Below are positions 35,810 through 48,600 of a DNA stretch of 64,000 bases, piece by piece. The stretch comes from Mobula hypostoma. Lineage: Eukaryota. A program made the position numbers and the translations under genes. Location of the stretch: the NCBI RefSeq assembly GCF_963921235.1, contig NC_086106.1, positions 33,480,001 to 33,544,000 of the forward strand, given 5' to 3'. Position 1 is the stretch's first letter; every line of letters begins with the position of its first letter. The notes under the pieces are model-generated. The model was not told the DNA's origin. It made no database searches and saw nothing but the letters and a program-made list of their open reading frames with translations.

Positions 35810-36150
35810 GGAGTAACACACACAAAATGATAGAGGAATTTAGGAGGCCAGGCAGCATCTATGGAAATGAATAAATAATCCATATTTAGGACTGAGACCA
35901 TTCATCTGGACTGGAAAGGTAGGGTGAAGATACCAGAATAAGAAGGAGGAGAAGGTGATAGTTGGTAGAGGATGGACGATAAATTAAGAAACTTCAGGAT
36001 GATAGGTGAAAAAGAGAAAAAAAGGAATCTAGGAGGAGACAAGAGAGGACAATGGGAGAATGGGACATAGGAGGTGCACCAGGAGGAGGTAGTAGGCCAG
36101 TGAGGAAAATCTTTAAGAAACCAGAGCAGGGAATTGATGAACAGGAAAGG
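35810..36150 (-). mobile_element. Penelope-like 3' terminus
   Basis: taacacacacaaaatgatagaggaatttaggaggccaggcagcatctatgg followed by a purine-rich tract. Confidence 0.7.
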
Positions 36151-36760
36151 GGAGGGGTCACCATCAACCGTGGGATTGAGTTCAAGAGCAGTAAGGTAAT
36201 GTTGCAGCTATATAAGACCTTGGTTAGACCTCACTTGGAGTACTATGTTCAGTTCTGGTCACCTCACTACAGGAAGGATGTGGATACTATGGAGAGAGTG
36301 CAGAGGAGATTTAATAGGATGTTGCCTGGAATGGAGAGCGTGTCTTGTGAGAATAGGTTGAGTAAACTTGGCCTTTTCTCCTTGGAGCGATGGAGGATGA
36401 GAGGTGAACTGATAGAGGTGTATAATATGATGAGAGGCATTGATCATCTAGATAGCCAGAGGCTTTTTCCCAGGGCTGAAATGGCTAACATGAGGGGGCA
36501 TAGTTTTAAAGTGCTTGGAAGTAGGTATAGTGGGTATGTCAGAGGTAAATTCTTCACCCAGAGAGTGGTAGGTGAGTGGAATGCATTGCTAGCAACGGTG
36601 GTAGAGGTCTTTTAAGAGACTCTTAGATGGGTACATGGAGCTTTGAAAAATGTCCTGCTGTAAGGAAATTCTAGGCAGTTTCTAGAGTAGGTAACATGGC
36701 CGGCACAATATTGTGGGCCGAAGGGCTTCTTCTGTGCTGTAGATTTCTATGTTCTATATT
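36150..36760 (+). mobile_element. CR1 3' fragment
   Basis: LYKTLVRPHLEYYVQFWSPHYRKDV...FFTQRVVGEWNAL; tail ttctatgttctat. Confidence 0.88.
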
Positions 36761-36789
36761 CTATTTTCTATGTTATATTTTCTCGGACA

Positions 36790-38570
36790 CGGCTCCAGTT
36801 TTCTGCCTATTCTGGATGCTTTCAGCTCTAATTACCGACGAGGAACCAATCAGCTCATCTTCAGCACTCCATTCTCCTCTTCGAACCTTACATCCTCTGC
36901 CGTACTGTCATCCACTCTTTCCGCACCAATGCTAATCTCACCATCAAACCCTTAGACAAAGGGGGTACTGTTATCACGTGGCGGACTGAGCTCTACCTTG
37001 ATGAGGCAACTTTCCTCTCAGTCCTTTCTCTTACTTAGCCAGAGAGAAGAACCCCACTCAAGACTATCAGAACATTGTCTCCTACACTATCACCAACATC
37101 ACCAACTCTGAAGATCTTCAATCCATATTGTCCATTGACCCCACACTGCTCATTTCTACCTCTTATTCAAGGTCCACAAACCTGACTGTCTGGGTAAGCA
37201 CATTGCGTCTACCCGTTCCTGCCCCACTGACTTCGTGTCCCCATTCCTCAATGCCAATTTATTACCCTTGGTTCAGTTCTTTCTCACATACATCCGTGAT
37301 ATTTCACTTGCTGTTGACCTTGTCAGCAACTTAAAATTACGTGGCCCTAATCACCTCTCTTTTTTTTACCATGAATGTACTTCTATCCCCCATCAATAAG
37401 ACCTTAAAGCCCTCATTCTTATTATCAATCCTGACCAGTTCCTCTCAACCACCAGTCTCCTCCATCTGACATAACTAGACTTCACTCTCTATAGTTTCTC
37501 TTTTGGCTCCTTCAACTTTCTCAAAACTCGATGTACAGCTATGGACATTGACATTGGCCCCAACTGTGCTTGCCTTTTCTTTGGCTACATGGAACAGTCC
37601 ATAGTCCAACACTTCCCTGGTATTTTTGCCCAATACTTTCTGCCCTACATTGATGACTGCATTGGTGCTGCTTTGAGCATCCATGCTGAGCTCGTCAATT
37701 CCATAAACTTTGCCTCTAACTTCCACCCTGCCCTTAAATTCACTTGGTTCATTTCTGACATCTATCTCCCATTCCTCAGTCTCTCTGTCCTCACCGGTAG
37801 AGACAAACTGTCTGCAGATATCTTTTATAAACCCACTAATTCCCATGAATATCTTAACTGTACTTCTTCCCAGACCGGCTCCTGTAAAAATGTAATTCCC
37901 ATTTTTCAGTTATTTCATTTCCACCGCATCCGTTCCAAGCATGAGACTTGCATTTCCAGGATATCAAATATGTTTCCCATCCTCCAAAATTGGTGCTTCC
38001 TTCATCCACATTCACTTTATTTCTCGGTCATTCATGCTCACCCCATCTTCTGGCCGCCTGAACAGCGATAGAGTTGTCCTCACCTACCATCCTATAAGAC
38101 ACCACATCCAGCACATCTTTCTTCATAACTTCTGGCATCCTAAACATGACCTAAACAACAAACACATCTTTACTTCCCCCTGCACTTTCAGCATGAATTT
38201 CGTCTCTCTCTGATTCTCTTGTCCATTCGTCCCTCTGCACTCTGAGCCGCAATCAGTCCTTCCAGGTATGGTAACACTTCTGCAGCATATCTGCAACTCC
38301 CAGTGTGACCCAGTCTACATTGGGGAGACCTGATGTACAGTAGATTGGGGAACCACTATGTCGAGCACCTCCACTCTATCCACAAAAAGCGAAATTTGCC
38401 GAGGCCAACCATTTTAGTTCCTACCACTACTCCCGTTCTGACATATCAGTCCAGACCTGTTCTTCTGCCACAATAAGGCCACTCTCAGGTTGGAGGAGCA
38501 AGACTTCGTATTCCGTCCAGGTGACTTCCAAACTGATGGCATGAATATCGATTTCTCCAACATCCGGAAT
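36790..38570 (+). mobile_element. Penelope-like element (RT and GIY-YIG), decayed
   Basis: GPNCACLFFGYMEQ, YIDDCIG, NFHPALKFTW, DIFYKPTNSH.YL, YIGET, EEQDFVFR. Confidence 0.88.
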
Positions 38571-39019
38571 TTCCTCTCCCCCTTCCCTCCTCTTCAATTC
38601 ACCACTCTGGCATCTTTATATTTGCAGCTTGTCTTTCAAGGAAAGCTCTTTGTCACACCTCACATCAGATGTGGGTAAGCCTGCTCGACGAAGGTTACCA
38701 GTTGGAAAAAAAAGATGGTAAGCCACAACAGCACATTAGTGCTAGGGGGTTTATTTAGTACCAGGTTAAAAAAATAGTATTTGCTAATAGACAAATTAAA
38801 ATAAACATGTACAAAAATTTACAAATATATGGAGGTTTTCTCCATGTCACACTTTGCCATTAACCATCTGAGAATATTTGCATTTCGGGAAATCTGATCA
38901 TCTGGCTCCTCTCCTGTCTGCAAACAGGCAGAGACTACAAAGCAAGACTCCAGAGGTAAGATCAACAGAGAGATGGTCCCTCTCTGGAAACCAGGATTGC
39001 TTTGAGTAGGTAGACTACG

Positions 39020-40830
39020 CCGTGTTTAAGGATTCATCAGACATAACGACAGTTGTGGAGGAGTGTGTCCCCACAAAATCATTTAGAGTCTTCCTCAACC
39101 AGAAGCTCTGGATGAGCCAACAGATCCGTAATCTGCTGTGGGCCAGATCAGTGACATTCAGGTCTGGTGACCAAATAAAAATACTTGGTCCAAATATAAC
39201 CTCAGGAAAGCCATCTCACATATGAAGTGGCATTTTGGGTCAGAACGTGAACCACAGAAGCATCTTTAACAATTATGATAGGGGTGAGCATTCAATATCT
39301 CCAATAAAGTGAAACCAAGCGACATATGTGACAACAACGTTTCACTTCCAGATGCTTTTTATGTTCGCTTTGTCTGACAAATCACCCTCAACGACCCTGC
39401 AATTTTAGCATCTGGGACCGACCTGAGAGCATCCTTCAGGAAGAACTCCAGGAAAGCATTTGGAGCAGATGCTTCAGTACCCGGCCGAGTACTGAAGACC
39501 TGTGATATTCAACTAACTTTTCACTTTTACATCTTGCTTCGCCAGTCTGCGGTATCCAGTTGCTTCAAGTAGGCTTCATTTATACCACCAAGAAGAACGG
39601 TGGCAACTCGCCTTAATGACTGTTGGGCAGTAGCCTGTACATCCACTATCATAGAATGCTTTGAGAGGTTGACTATGATGCATATCAACTCCTGCCTGAG
39701 AAATAACTTGGATCCACTCCAATTTGCCTACCATTACAAAAGGTCAACAGCAAATGTCATTCATTGGTTCTTCACCCAACCCTGAACCGTCTGGACAGTG
39801 AAAATGCATACATCAGGATGCTCTTCTTTGACTGCTGCTCTGCTTTAAGCACCACCATCCTCTCAAACTTAATCAATAAGCTCAAAACCAAGGTCTCAGT
39901 ACCTCCTTGTTCAACTGCATCCTCGATTTCCTCACCTGCAGACCTCAGTCAATGCCGATTTGCAACACCATCTCCTCCAGAAATACCATCAGCACAGGTG
40001 CACCATAAGGATGTGTGCTTATTCCCCTGCTCTACTCGCCTATGCTCATGACTGTGAGGCTAAGTCAGCTGCAATTACATATTTAAGTTTGCTGATGACA
40101 GTATTGTTGTGGCTCCAATCAAACATCATGGCGAATCAGCATATCAGTGGGAGATTGAAAATCTGGCTGAATGGTGCCAGAACAACGTCCTCTCATACAA
40201 TGTCAGTCAGACCAGAGGCCTGCTCATTGACTACAGGAGAAGGTAACCAGAGTTCCATAGGCCAGTTGTCATCAGAGGCGGCAAGAGTCAGCATCTTTAA
40301 ATTCCTCATCTTTATCATTTCGAAGGATGTATCTTGGGTCCAGCACATCAGTGCCATTGCATAGAAGGCATGACAGCAGCTCTACTTTCTGAGAGGTTTA
40401 TGCAGTTACAGCATGTCATCTAAAACTTTGATAAATTTCTATAGATAAACTTGTACTGAATGGTTGCATGATAGCCTGGTATGGGAACTAAATATGCTCT
40501 TCAATGGATAGAAAATACTTGAACAAGTAGTGGATACTTCCCGGACCATCACAGTTAAACCCTTCCCCACCACTGAGCGCATCTGTAAGGAGTGCTGTTG
40601 CAGCAAAGAAGTATCCATCATCGAGGACCCGCATCATCCAGGCCCTGCTGCATGCAGGAAGGAGGTACCACGAGGTTCAGGAATACTTATTACACCTTAA
40701 CCATCAGGATTTTGACCCAGTTGGAATAACTTCATTCACCCCACAATCTACTGATTCCGCAACCTATGAATGCACTTTTAAGGAATCTACAATTCGAATT
40801 CTTGAAATTTATTTCTTATTGATTTTTAAT
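39020..40830 (+). mobile_element. Rex1/Babar-type LINE ORF2 (RT), decayed
   Basis: FLNQKLWM, LDPLQFAY, YIRMLFFD, KFADD, FKFL.FIISKDVSW. Confidence 0.85.
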
Positions 40831-40844
40831 GTTTTTAATTTTTT

Positions 40845-43129
40845 CTCAGCTCAAGCAGGCAAAACCTGAGGTATGGGCATCATCAAACACATTCATCTCT
40901 CAGTTGCTGAGAACTTTCAGACTCTTCTGGAGGTGCTTAGTATTGGTTTTCTCTGGAGACTTACATAAATATTACCATATAGGTTGAGATGTTTAAGGCT
41001 TTGAGAATCGTGGCCTCAGGAAGATAACATATATAGATGTTACTGTTGGGACATAGTCATGTTCATGTTTCAATTTGCTCTTTTAATTCATCATATTTCT
41101 GTTGTGTTTCACTTCTTGATTTGTGTATGTTGGGTGTGTTTGGAGTGGCGTTATCTATTAAGTAAGTTGTTCTTGTTTGTTTATCTGTAATATTATATCC
41201 AGATGGTTTATATAGATTGTCCTATCTGTAATAATGCATCGATTGTAATATTAATTTAGGACCCTGAGTTTAAAATTGGATCAGCCTTTCATTTTTGGTA
41301 AAGTATGATGTATTTTATGAGGTTGAATTTTAAAGCAAGATTGGTAAATGATATTTGCCCCATGATTGTGCCTGTCTAAGTAATGAAATTGAGTTAACCT
41401 GCCGCAGGATTCTGTAATATGTTGGATTCTTTCTGTTTTCTCTTAGCATTTTCGCCATTTATTGTCTTTTATTTGTTGATCTTTTATTATGCATCTTTGA
41501 TATTTTTCTGTGTTTACCACTTGGTCCTGTATTGTCGCAAGGAACCTTTCTGCTTCTGGAAAGAGATCTCCATCTCTGAGCCAGCCAGTCGATGCTTCCC
41601 TGTTGACATCTGTCTTCTCATATTGTGCAGATGTCTTCCACGGAGGCTTATACTCGTCGGTAGTGATTTTTATTTTCATTTGTATGGGTTGTGCTTTCAT
41701 TGAAGTTTAATGGTGTGTACAGAACTTCTTATCAGACTTGAATATGCTCACATGGAGTGCTGAGTCCTGTGTTATCAGATTGTTGTGTAAATTATTAGTT
41801 CTGTTATTCCTCTTCCTCCTTCTATCCTAGGTGTTAATCTAAGTGTTTTCGGCTGTATATAGTATTTTGTAACATTTGTCATTTCAGTTTTCATTTTTCT
41901 TTGTAATTTTTTTTTCAAATCGGTTTAGGACCATGTTATTGTGCCAACAGAAAACGTTGATATGGGCACAACGAAAGTGTTTACTGCCTTTGTTATACTT
42001 TTACTATTGAGCTCTGTTTAACAAATTTTCTTCAGCCCTGAAGTAAATTCTATCAAAAAGTTTCCCTTTATTTCCCTATAATCTACTTTCTGTGCTTGTT
42101 GTTATCCCATTGGTTGTATAGTTTCCTGCTGCTATCTTTTATATTCTGCTAGCTCTATTGCACCTTTCTTTATGTATAATATTCTGCATTTATCTAGTCC
42201 AAAGTTCATGCTCATAACTTTAGCAAATAGTTCTACAATCTGAATTAAACAACTTAGCTGTACTAATGAAAGAGCATATAATTTCATATCTATCGTGTAT
42301 AGAAAACTGCATCAAGGTATAATTTGTTTGGTTGTCTTAAATCTGATGCTCTATTTTCTTCTGAGTCTATAAATTACGATTTTTACTCTATTGTTATTTT
42401 TCTCTCTGCTGAAGTTGGTATAAACTGAAGTACAAGCATAGCCCAGCACATTCATTTCTCTATTGTGAGGGACTTTTGGACTATCTTAGTGGTGGTTAGT
42501 ATTGTGGCTTTCTGGAGGTTTACAGAAATATTGATGTAAAGGTCTAATTGCTTAATACTATTGAGTAGTACTTTGGGATGATACCAGCTGTAAATATTAC
42601 TATTGGGACAATGTATACCCTTGTCCACATCTAGTCTGTGCAGCTCGCAAGAATGTCTTCCATGGAATGTCTTATTCTTCCATTAGTTAACTTTTTCTTC
42701 AGTAGTGATAATTTCTTCGTTTTTCTGGGTTGTGCTCTCATTTAAGTTTAGTGCTGTATATTTCTTATCAGAATTGGATATGCTCCTGTGGAGTGCTAAA
42801 TTCTGCTTTCCTGGATGAAAATATATCCTTAGAAGTTTTAACTGATGGCTGTGTAGATTTTAATTACTTTTATTCCGCTCTCTCCTTCTGTCCTAGATTG
42901 TGTTAAGCTAAGCACATTCGAGAGTACATAATGTTTTCTGAAATTTGTCAGTTCAGTTCTTATTTATCTTTATAAATTTCCAGATCGGCTTGGGACCTAA
43001 ATATTATGCCAAAAGAATATGTTAATATAGGTATAGCAAAAGTGTTTATTGGGTTAGAGAATGTCGAATCTTTGTAGGTGGAGTTACAAAACTGCAAGGG
43101 TAAAAACAACATTATGAGAATCATATCTA
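40845..43129 (-). mobile_element. R4/Dong-like non-LTR retrotransposon (RT, CCHC, restriction-like endonuclease), decayed
   Basis: LY.IDMKLYA (YMDD region), GDLFPEAERFLATIQDQVVNT.KY, DNKWRKC, DRTIYNNHLDIIL...LID.ATPNT. Confidence 0.75.
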
Positions 43130-43654
43130 TGTCACAATGGGGGGGGGGCAGGATTGGTGGACCCAAATGCAAGCCACATCTTGTGAGGTTAATTAGATTT
43201 AGTTTATTGTTCGATACCAGGAGAGCAAAGCAGGAGCAGGAATAGCAAACTGGACAAGGACTCAGGACTACGACTAGGCTGGGACTAGGGGTCTGGGCTT
43301 GGACTCGGAATCGGATCCTAAAACTAGAGGAGACATGAAGAGGCTACCGTATGGACTCCGAGCCAGAGGCTGGGCCAGGACCCAGTACCTGGGTCTTGCC
43401 TCGGGCTCGGACCCCAGAACCAGGCAAGGACACGGCATGGGCTAGGGAGAGGAGAAACACGGGAACACAGAGCCTCAGTCTCGGGAGAGCAGGTACATGG
43501 AACCATGGACGCATACACAGAACACAGGGTCGGGACTTCTCCTTGGGTACAGGACATAGGGCCGGGACTCACACACAGAACAGAGAGCTGGGACCCTTCC
43601 TTGGGTACAGGACATAGGGCCGGGACTCACCTTCTTCAGGACAGGACAAGACAA

Positions 43655-44012
43655 GACGTGACCCCCCCGCGAAGGCAATGGCATGGTGACCTGACTTACC
43701 CCACGGAGGCTAGGACAAGACAAGACAAGACATGACCCCCGCGGGGCAACGGCAAGATGGCCAGACTTACCACACGGAGGCTAGGACAAGACAAGACAAG
43801 ACATGACCCCCGCGGGGCAACGGCAAGATGGCCAGACTTACCACACGGAGGCGAGGACAAGACAAGACAAGACATGACCCCCGCGGGGCAACGGCAAGAT
43901 GGCCAGACTTACCACACGGAGGCTAGGACAAGACAAGACAAGACATGACCCCCGCGGGGCAACGGCAAGATGGCCAGACTTACCACACGGAGGCGAGGAC
44001 AAGACAAGACCA
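43655..44012. repeat. 71-bp minisatellite, about 5 copies
   Basis: acatgacccccgcggggcaacggcaagatggccagacttaccacacggagg...(acaag)n recurs at 43730, 43801, 43872 and 43943. Confidence 0.95.
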
Positions 44013-44154
44013 ACACGAAAGAACACCAGAGAGTACCTATCTAGCTCCGGCAATAGAACTAGACCGAAGTGCAGGCGAGGGCTGAAGATGAGGGCTAGAG
44101 GCGAGAGGGGCAGAGAAGGGATTCAGACTGTGGGGTAGGACAGGAATCACAGAC

Positions 44155-44460
44155 CGCCAGGACCAAGACTTGACTCGGTACTTGGATGCCGCCAGGGCCG
44201 GGGATTGACTCGGAACTTGGAGGCCGCCAGGGACAGGACTCGACTCGGAGCTTGGATGTAGTCAGAACCAGGACTTGACACGGAACTTGGATGCCGCCAG
44301 GGACGGGACTTGACTGGGAACTTGGAGGCCGCCAGGACCGGGACTTGACTCAGAACTTGGAGGCCGCCAGGGCCGGGACTTGACTCGGTACTTGGATGCC
44401 GCCTGGGACGGGACTTGGCTTGGTACTTGGATGCCCCCGGAGCCAGGACTTGATTTGGAG
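44155..44460. repeat. 35-bp minisatellite, about 9 copies
   Basis: gccgccagggccgggacttgactcggtacttggat recurs at 44188, 44223, 44293 and onward. Confidence 0.93.
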
Positions 44461-44899
44461 CCTCTGGGTAGTGGCTAGCTATTGACTCGGCCCGGGAACA
44501 GTGGACAGCGGTTCTAGATGCCCTCTGGCGGGTTAACTGACAGACCCACCTCGCTAAGGAAACTTTGCAGGCTCGCTTTGGCAAGGTAACTTGACAGGGC
44601 TGCTCCGGTGAGGAAAGGCGAATTACCGGCACTCGCTTCGGGCAGAGACTAGGTTTACTCCGGCTAGATGACATTGGCACGCCGTACTTTTGGTGACTTT
44701 GCAAACGCTCTTGCGCCGAACAGCTGAAAGCCGGAGACTGTAAACTACCGGTTCAGTCGAGAGTAAATTGCCCCTAATCACCAAGGCCGAGGGACACGGG
44801 AAAACAGGGAACCAAAGGGAAACAGGGAGTCAACGGTCCGGATCGTAACATAAATAAAGTAAATTTAAAGAGACCCCGATCCGGACCATGACAATATAG

Positions 44900-45900
44900 G
44901 CCTCCAAATAGCAGCTAAGATGTGGGGTTGAGATTGCAAATGGAGCTGGAAATTGCATGGTAATAAGAGTAATGTCGCAATTGTAATAGGGGACGTAAAT
45001 ATGTAAAGGGATTGGGTATATCAGATTAATCCAGATCACAAGAGAGGACATTTGTTGAATGCCTACGAAATGGCTTTTTAGAGCAGCTTGTGCCTGAGCT
45101 AAGGCTATCTTAGATTGGGTGTTGTGTAAGAATCCAGAATTTATTGGGGAGTTTAACGTAAAGGAACTCTTAGGGCAGAATGATCATAATATATTTGAGT
45201 TCAGTCTGCTGTTTCAGAGGACAATGTATAAGTCAGATGTAACAGTATCACAATGGAATAAAGGGAATTACAGATACATGATAGAGGAGCTTTCCCAGGT
45301 GGAATGGAGGGGGATACCGGCGGGGTTGACGGTAGAGTAGAGGTGGCTGAAGTTTCTGGGAATGGTTCACAAGGCGCAGGATAGGTATGTCCCACAGAAG
45401 GCATCGTTCCCAAGTGGCAATGGTAGGCAGCCATGGCTGACAGGGAAAGTTAAGTGCTGCATAAAAGCCAAGGAAAGTGCATATAATGCAACAAAAGTGA
45501 GTCAGAAGTCAGGAGATTGGGAAGTTTTAAAAATTCAACAAAAGACAACTAAGAAAATCTATAAGAAGAGAAACAAATGAAATATGAGTGCAGACTAGCC
45601 AATAAAGCAAGATACCAGAAGTTTTTTTTTCAGTTATATAAAGAGTAAAAGGGCAGTGAGAGTTGATATTGGATCACTGGAAAATGATGTCGGTGAGGCA
45701 GAAATGGGGGGCAAAGAAATGGCAGATGAACTTAATGAGTACTTCGCATCTGTCTTCACTGTGAAAGACACCAGCAGTGTGCCAGAGGTCAGTGAGCGTC
45801 AGGGAACAGAAATAAGTGCTATTGCTATTACAAAGGAAAAAAACGCTAGGCAGACTTAAAGGTCTTAAGATAGATAAATAACCTGGACCAGATGGACTAT
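44900..45900 (+). mobile_element. CR1 ORF2 fragment (endonuclease and linker)
   Basis: LLGQNDHNIFEF, WNKGNY, VDIGSLENDVGE...ELNEYFASVFTV. Confidence 0.85.
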
Positions 45901-46950
45901 CTCTGGAGGCTCAGTCCACAAATATCCAGTAACAGGCAAGCAATTGCATTTCGAAGGATGTGTATCATTCAGCTGCATCAGGTTGGTTAAAGGACCAGAA
46001 CCCTAGGGTTTGTTTTTACTGCGGACTCCAAAGAGCGGTGTTCTGATGTACAGAGCTGTAGCTCAGATGGCAGTTCAAGTAAAGGGAGGCGTAGGTGGGG
46101 TGTAGGGTGTGAGCCACAGCTTCTCGGACAGCCTTGCTCTGGACCTCTAAAATGTTCCCTCTTTTCCTAGTTACTTTCTATAGAGGACGCAGCAGGACGG
46201 TTGGGTGTGGCTTACGCCGCCTCCAGTAGCTCAATAGCCCCACAAGCCTTTGCGTCTGTTGATTATTGTTAGGGACAGCTGTTTTTACTATCTTGTTTTG
46301 TACTTTACCCAGGATTATATCATGTGCTGTGACCCACTGACAACTCAGTAACTTGACTGTCTGGCTCAGCCCATGTATTTTCTGTAAAATCACCCGTTCT
46401 CTGTCCTTCATGTGACTTACCTGGTCGTCCTAGGCTTCAGCTAACCCTTCTCGGTAGGGGCTCTTAGCATGATTCTTCTATATAGTGGGCTACCAGATGA
46501 GAGCTCGAGTACATCGAGGACCCACACTATCAGTCCAAGATACAGTGTACTGCTGTGTACATACCCCGAACCAATCTAGTGAAGATTCACTATTTGCTGG
46601 GACTCTGGCAACAGAGGAATAGAGAAGATTGCATTGGCCAGAACTAATACGGCGTACTACTTCTTCTGACCCTCCATTTGTCCAGTAAGGTCACCAAATC
46701 CGGGCAGCAGCAGTTAACGGAGGAACGTTTTTTTTCAGCTGGCAACAACAAATCATCATCTTTGAACTGCTGTAAGATTTCCATACTGAATAGACAGGTC
46801 TATTATACTCAGAAGTTATGTGTTCATCACTCCTTATTTTAACAGCTCCGCTATGTGTCCAAGATTTCCGAATATCCAACTGTAATTGGGCACTGCTTTG
46901 CACTTGCCACACTAGGTAACAGTATCATAAGAGGTTAAAACAGTTTTTCG
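45900..46950 (-). mobile_element. Degraded retroviral RT/connection domain, ERV-L/class III-like
   Basis: Frames give SEYNRPV.SVWKS..SSKM...QL.KNVPPLTAA.PDLVTLLDK, LANAIFSIPL.PESQQ, QTVKLL..QW..ILGKVQNKI..P.QTQRLVGLLSYWRR..PH..VLLRPL and LGFWS...YTSFEMQLLACYW, all hallmarks of ERV-L-type pol. Confidence 0.8.
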
Positions 46951-47719
46951 CACTAAAACAGATTGCTTCCCCCACGAGAGTGGCACTAGGCTCATCCCTT
47001 TTAGTGTCACTGTGATGCTTCAATGAGTACAAATTCAGTTAAGGTGACACTTTGCTGTTTTAGGGTTACCATTTTCCCAGATAGGGTTTTTCTAATGCAC
47101 GACACATGTCAAACGACTTTTTCAAAAGCGCACGCCAGGATCTAATAGGCTGCATCCTATTGTTTGTGAACTCCCACCTTATTTAACAGAGGGGCTCCCA
47201 TTCAGGGACGTCAGGACTACCTCTCCCCACCTTGGCTCTCTGACATGCTGGAGAGAAATCCGGGGATAGTGTACTCAGTAGCTACTTTTTTAGGTAAACT
47301 TTGACCCCAGTACTTTTTCATTCCTTCGTCGTATCAGGCTGTATCTTTTTATATCGAACAACTGTTGGCCTGGCCATAGCTTATAAACATAAACAAGAAG
47401 TCTGAAATGAGGAAAACATCTTTCATCAGTATTGAATTTCATGTATATGTGTGTTCATGAACATCTACAGACTATCACCAGATTCAGTTGACTTAATTTC
47501 GTCTTACAAACCTCCATTGGTGTTAAATACCTTAGCATATACCAAGTAGGAAATGCAGTTTACCTATTTCTTTACACCACCTCATTTCATTTTAAGTCCA
47601 GTTGTCCATTTCCATTCATGATTTGATCTGATTTGGCAGAATAACTTCACTCTGATTCACTGATTCTGAGATGGCTCAGCTCTGTTTTCCAGGTTTACAT
47701 TTCAGGATGCAGTCTCGCA

Positions 47720-48600
47720 GGCTCATTATTTCTATTGCCCCTGGTGCTGACCCTGCCACATACCCCTCTCTCTCAGACACTGCAGAAGTTGTGGAAAATG
47801 GATACAATGGAGTCTCGTGGGGGGGTAGGTAAGGGCAATGGGAAACCGATCCCTGTTATGGTCATTGTAGGCACAGAGTGATGGCGCATTAGGCGGGAAA
47901 TGCAAGAGATGCAGGTGAGAGAAGAATCGATTGCAGTAGAAGAGAAACCATGGATTTTGAAAAGGACATCTTAGATGTTCTAGAATGGAGAACCTCATTC
48001 TGAAGAAAAATGCATTGGGGATACAGAAACTGAAGGAAGCGAATGGCATTTTTATAGTTGTCAAGGTGGGAACATGTCAAAATAACTGTGAGAGTCAGTG
48101 TTTCTGTAAAATGTGTCAGCAGATAATCTGTCTCCGAAATTGAGGAAAGAGCAGAGAGCTATCAGAGATGGACCAAGTAAACTGGAGTGTTGGGTAGAAT
48201 TTGGAGCTAAAGTTGATGAAATTGAAGAGCTCAGCATAGATGCAGGAAGCAGCGCACATATCTTCATTGAAGCAGTCTTCAATGTAACTAACAAAAAAAT
48301 GGAGTGCATTACCAGTGTAGGCTTGGAACATGGAACATTTTACACAGCCGACGAAAAGACAGATGTTGTTTGGGCCCGTGCAAGTTTCCATTGCTCACAT
48401 TCTGGTCTGGAGAACATTGGAGGAGCCGAAAGTGAAATTGTTGAGGGAAAGTATCAGTTCTACCAAAGAGGAGAGTGGTACTGGAGAGAAACAGGTTAGG
48501 TTGGTTGTTCACAAAAAAGCAGAGAGCCATAAAGTCTTCACGATGAGGGATGGATAGGGGTTGGAACTGGATGCCCATTGTGAAAATAATATGATCAAGG
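47720..48600 (-). mobile_element. Penelope-like RT fragment
   Basis: METCTGPNNICLFVG, YIEDC, FYPTLQFTWSISD, DTFYRNTDSHSYFD. Confidence 0.85.

Larger units (their letters stand above)
43130..44850 (-). mobile_element. LTR-like element (probable solo gypsy-type LTR) with internal minisatellites
   Basis: Termini TGTTAC...GTGACA on the minus strand, 3' end ...gcatttgggtccacc...gtgaca, high GC, no pol motifs; no clear TSD. Confidence 0.6.

Noticed and set aside
43655-44460. CRISPR-like array
   Set aside because: These are head-to-tail minisatellites without unique spacers, in eukaryotic DNA, with no cas genes.
44147-44704. 185-aa ORF as a host gene
   Set aside because: It is the translation of the 35-bp minisatellite and GC-rich LTR sequence, with no domain motifs.
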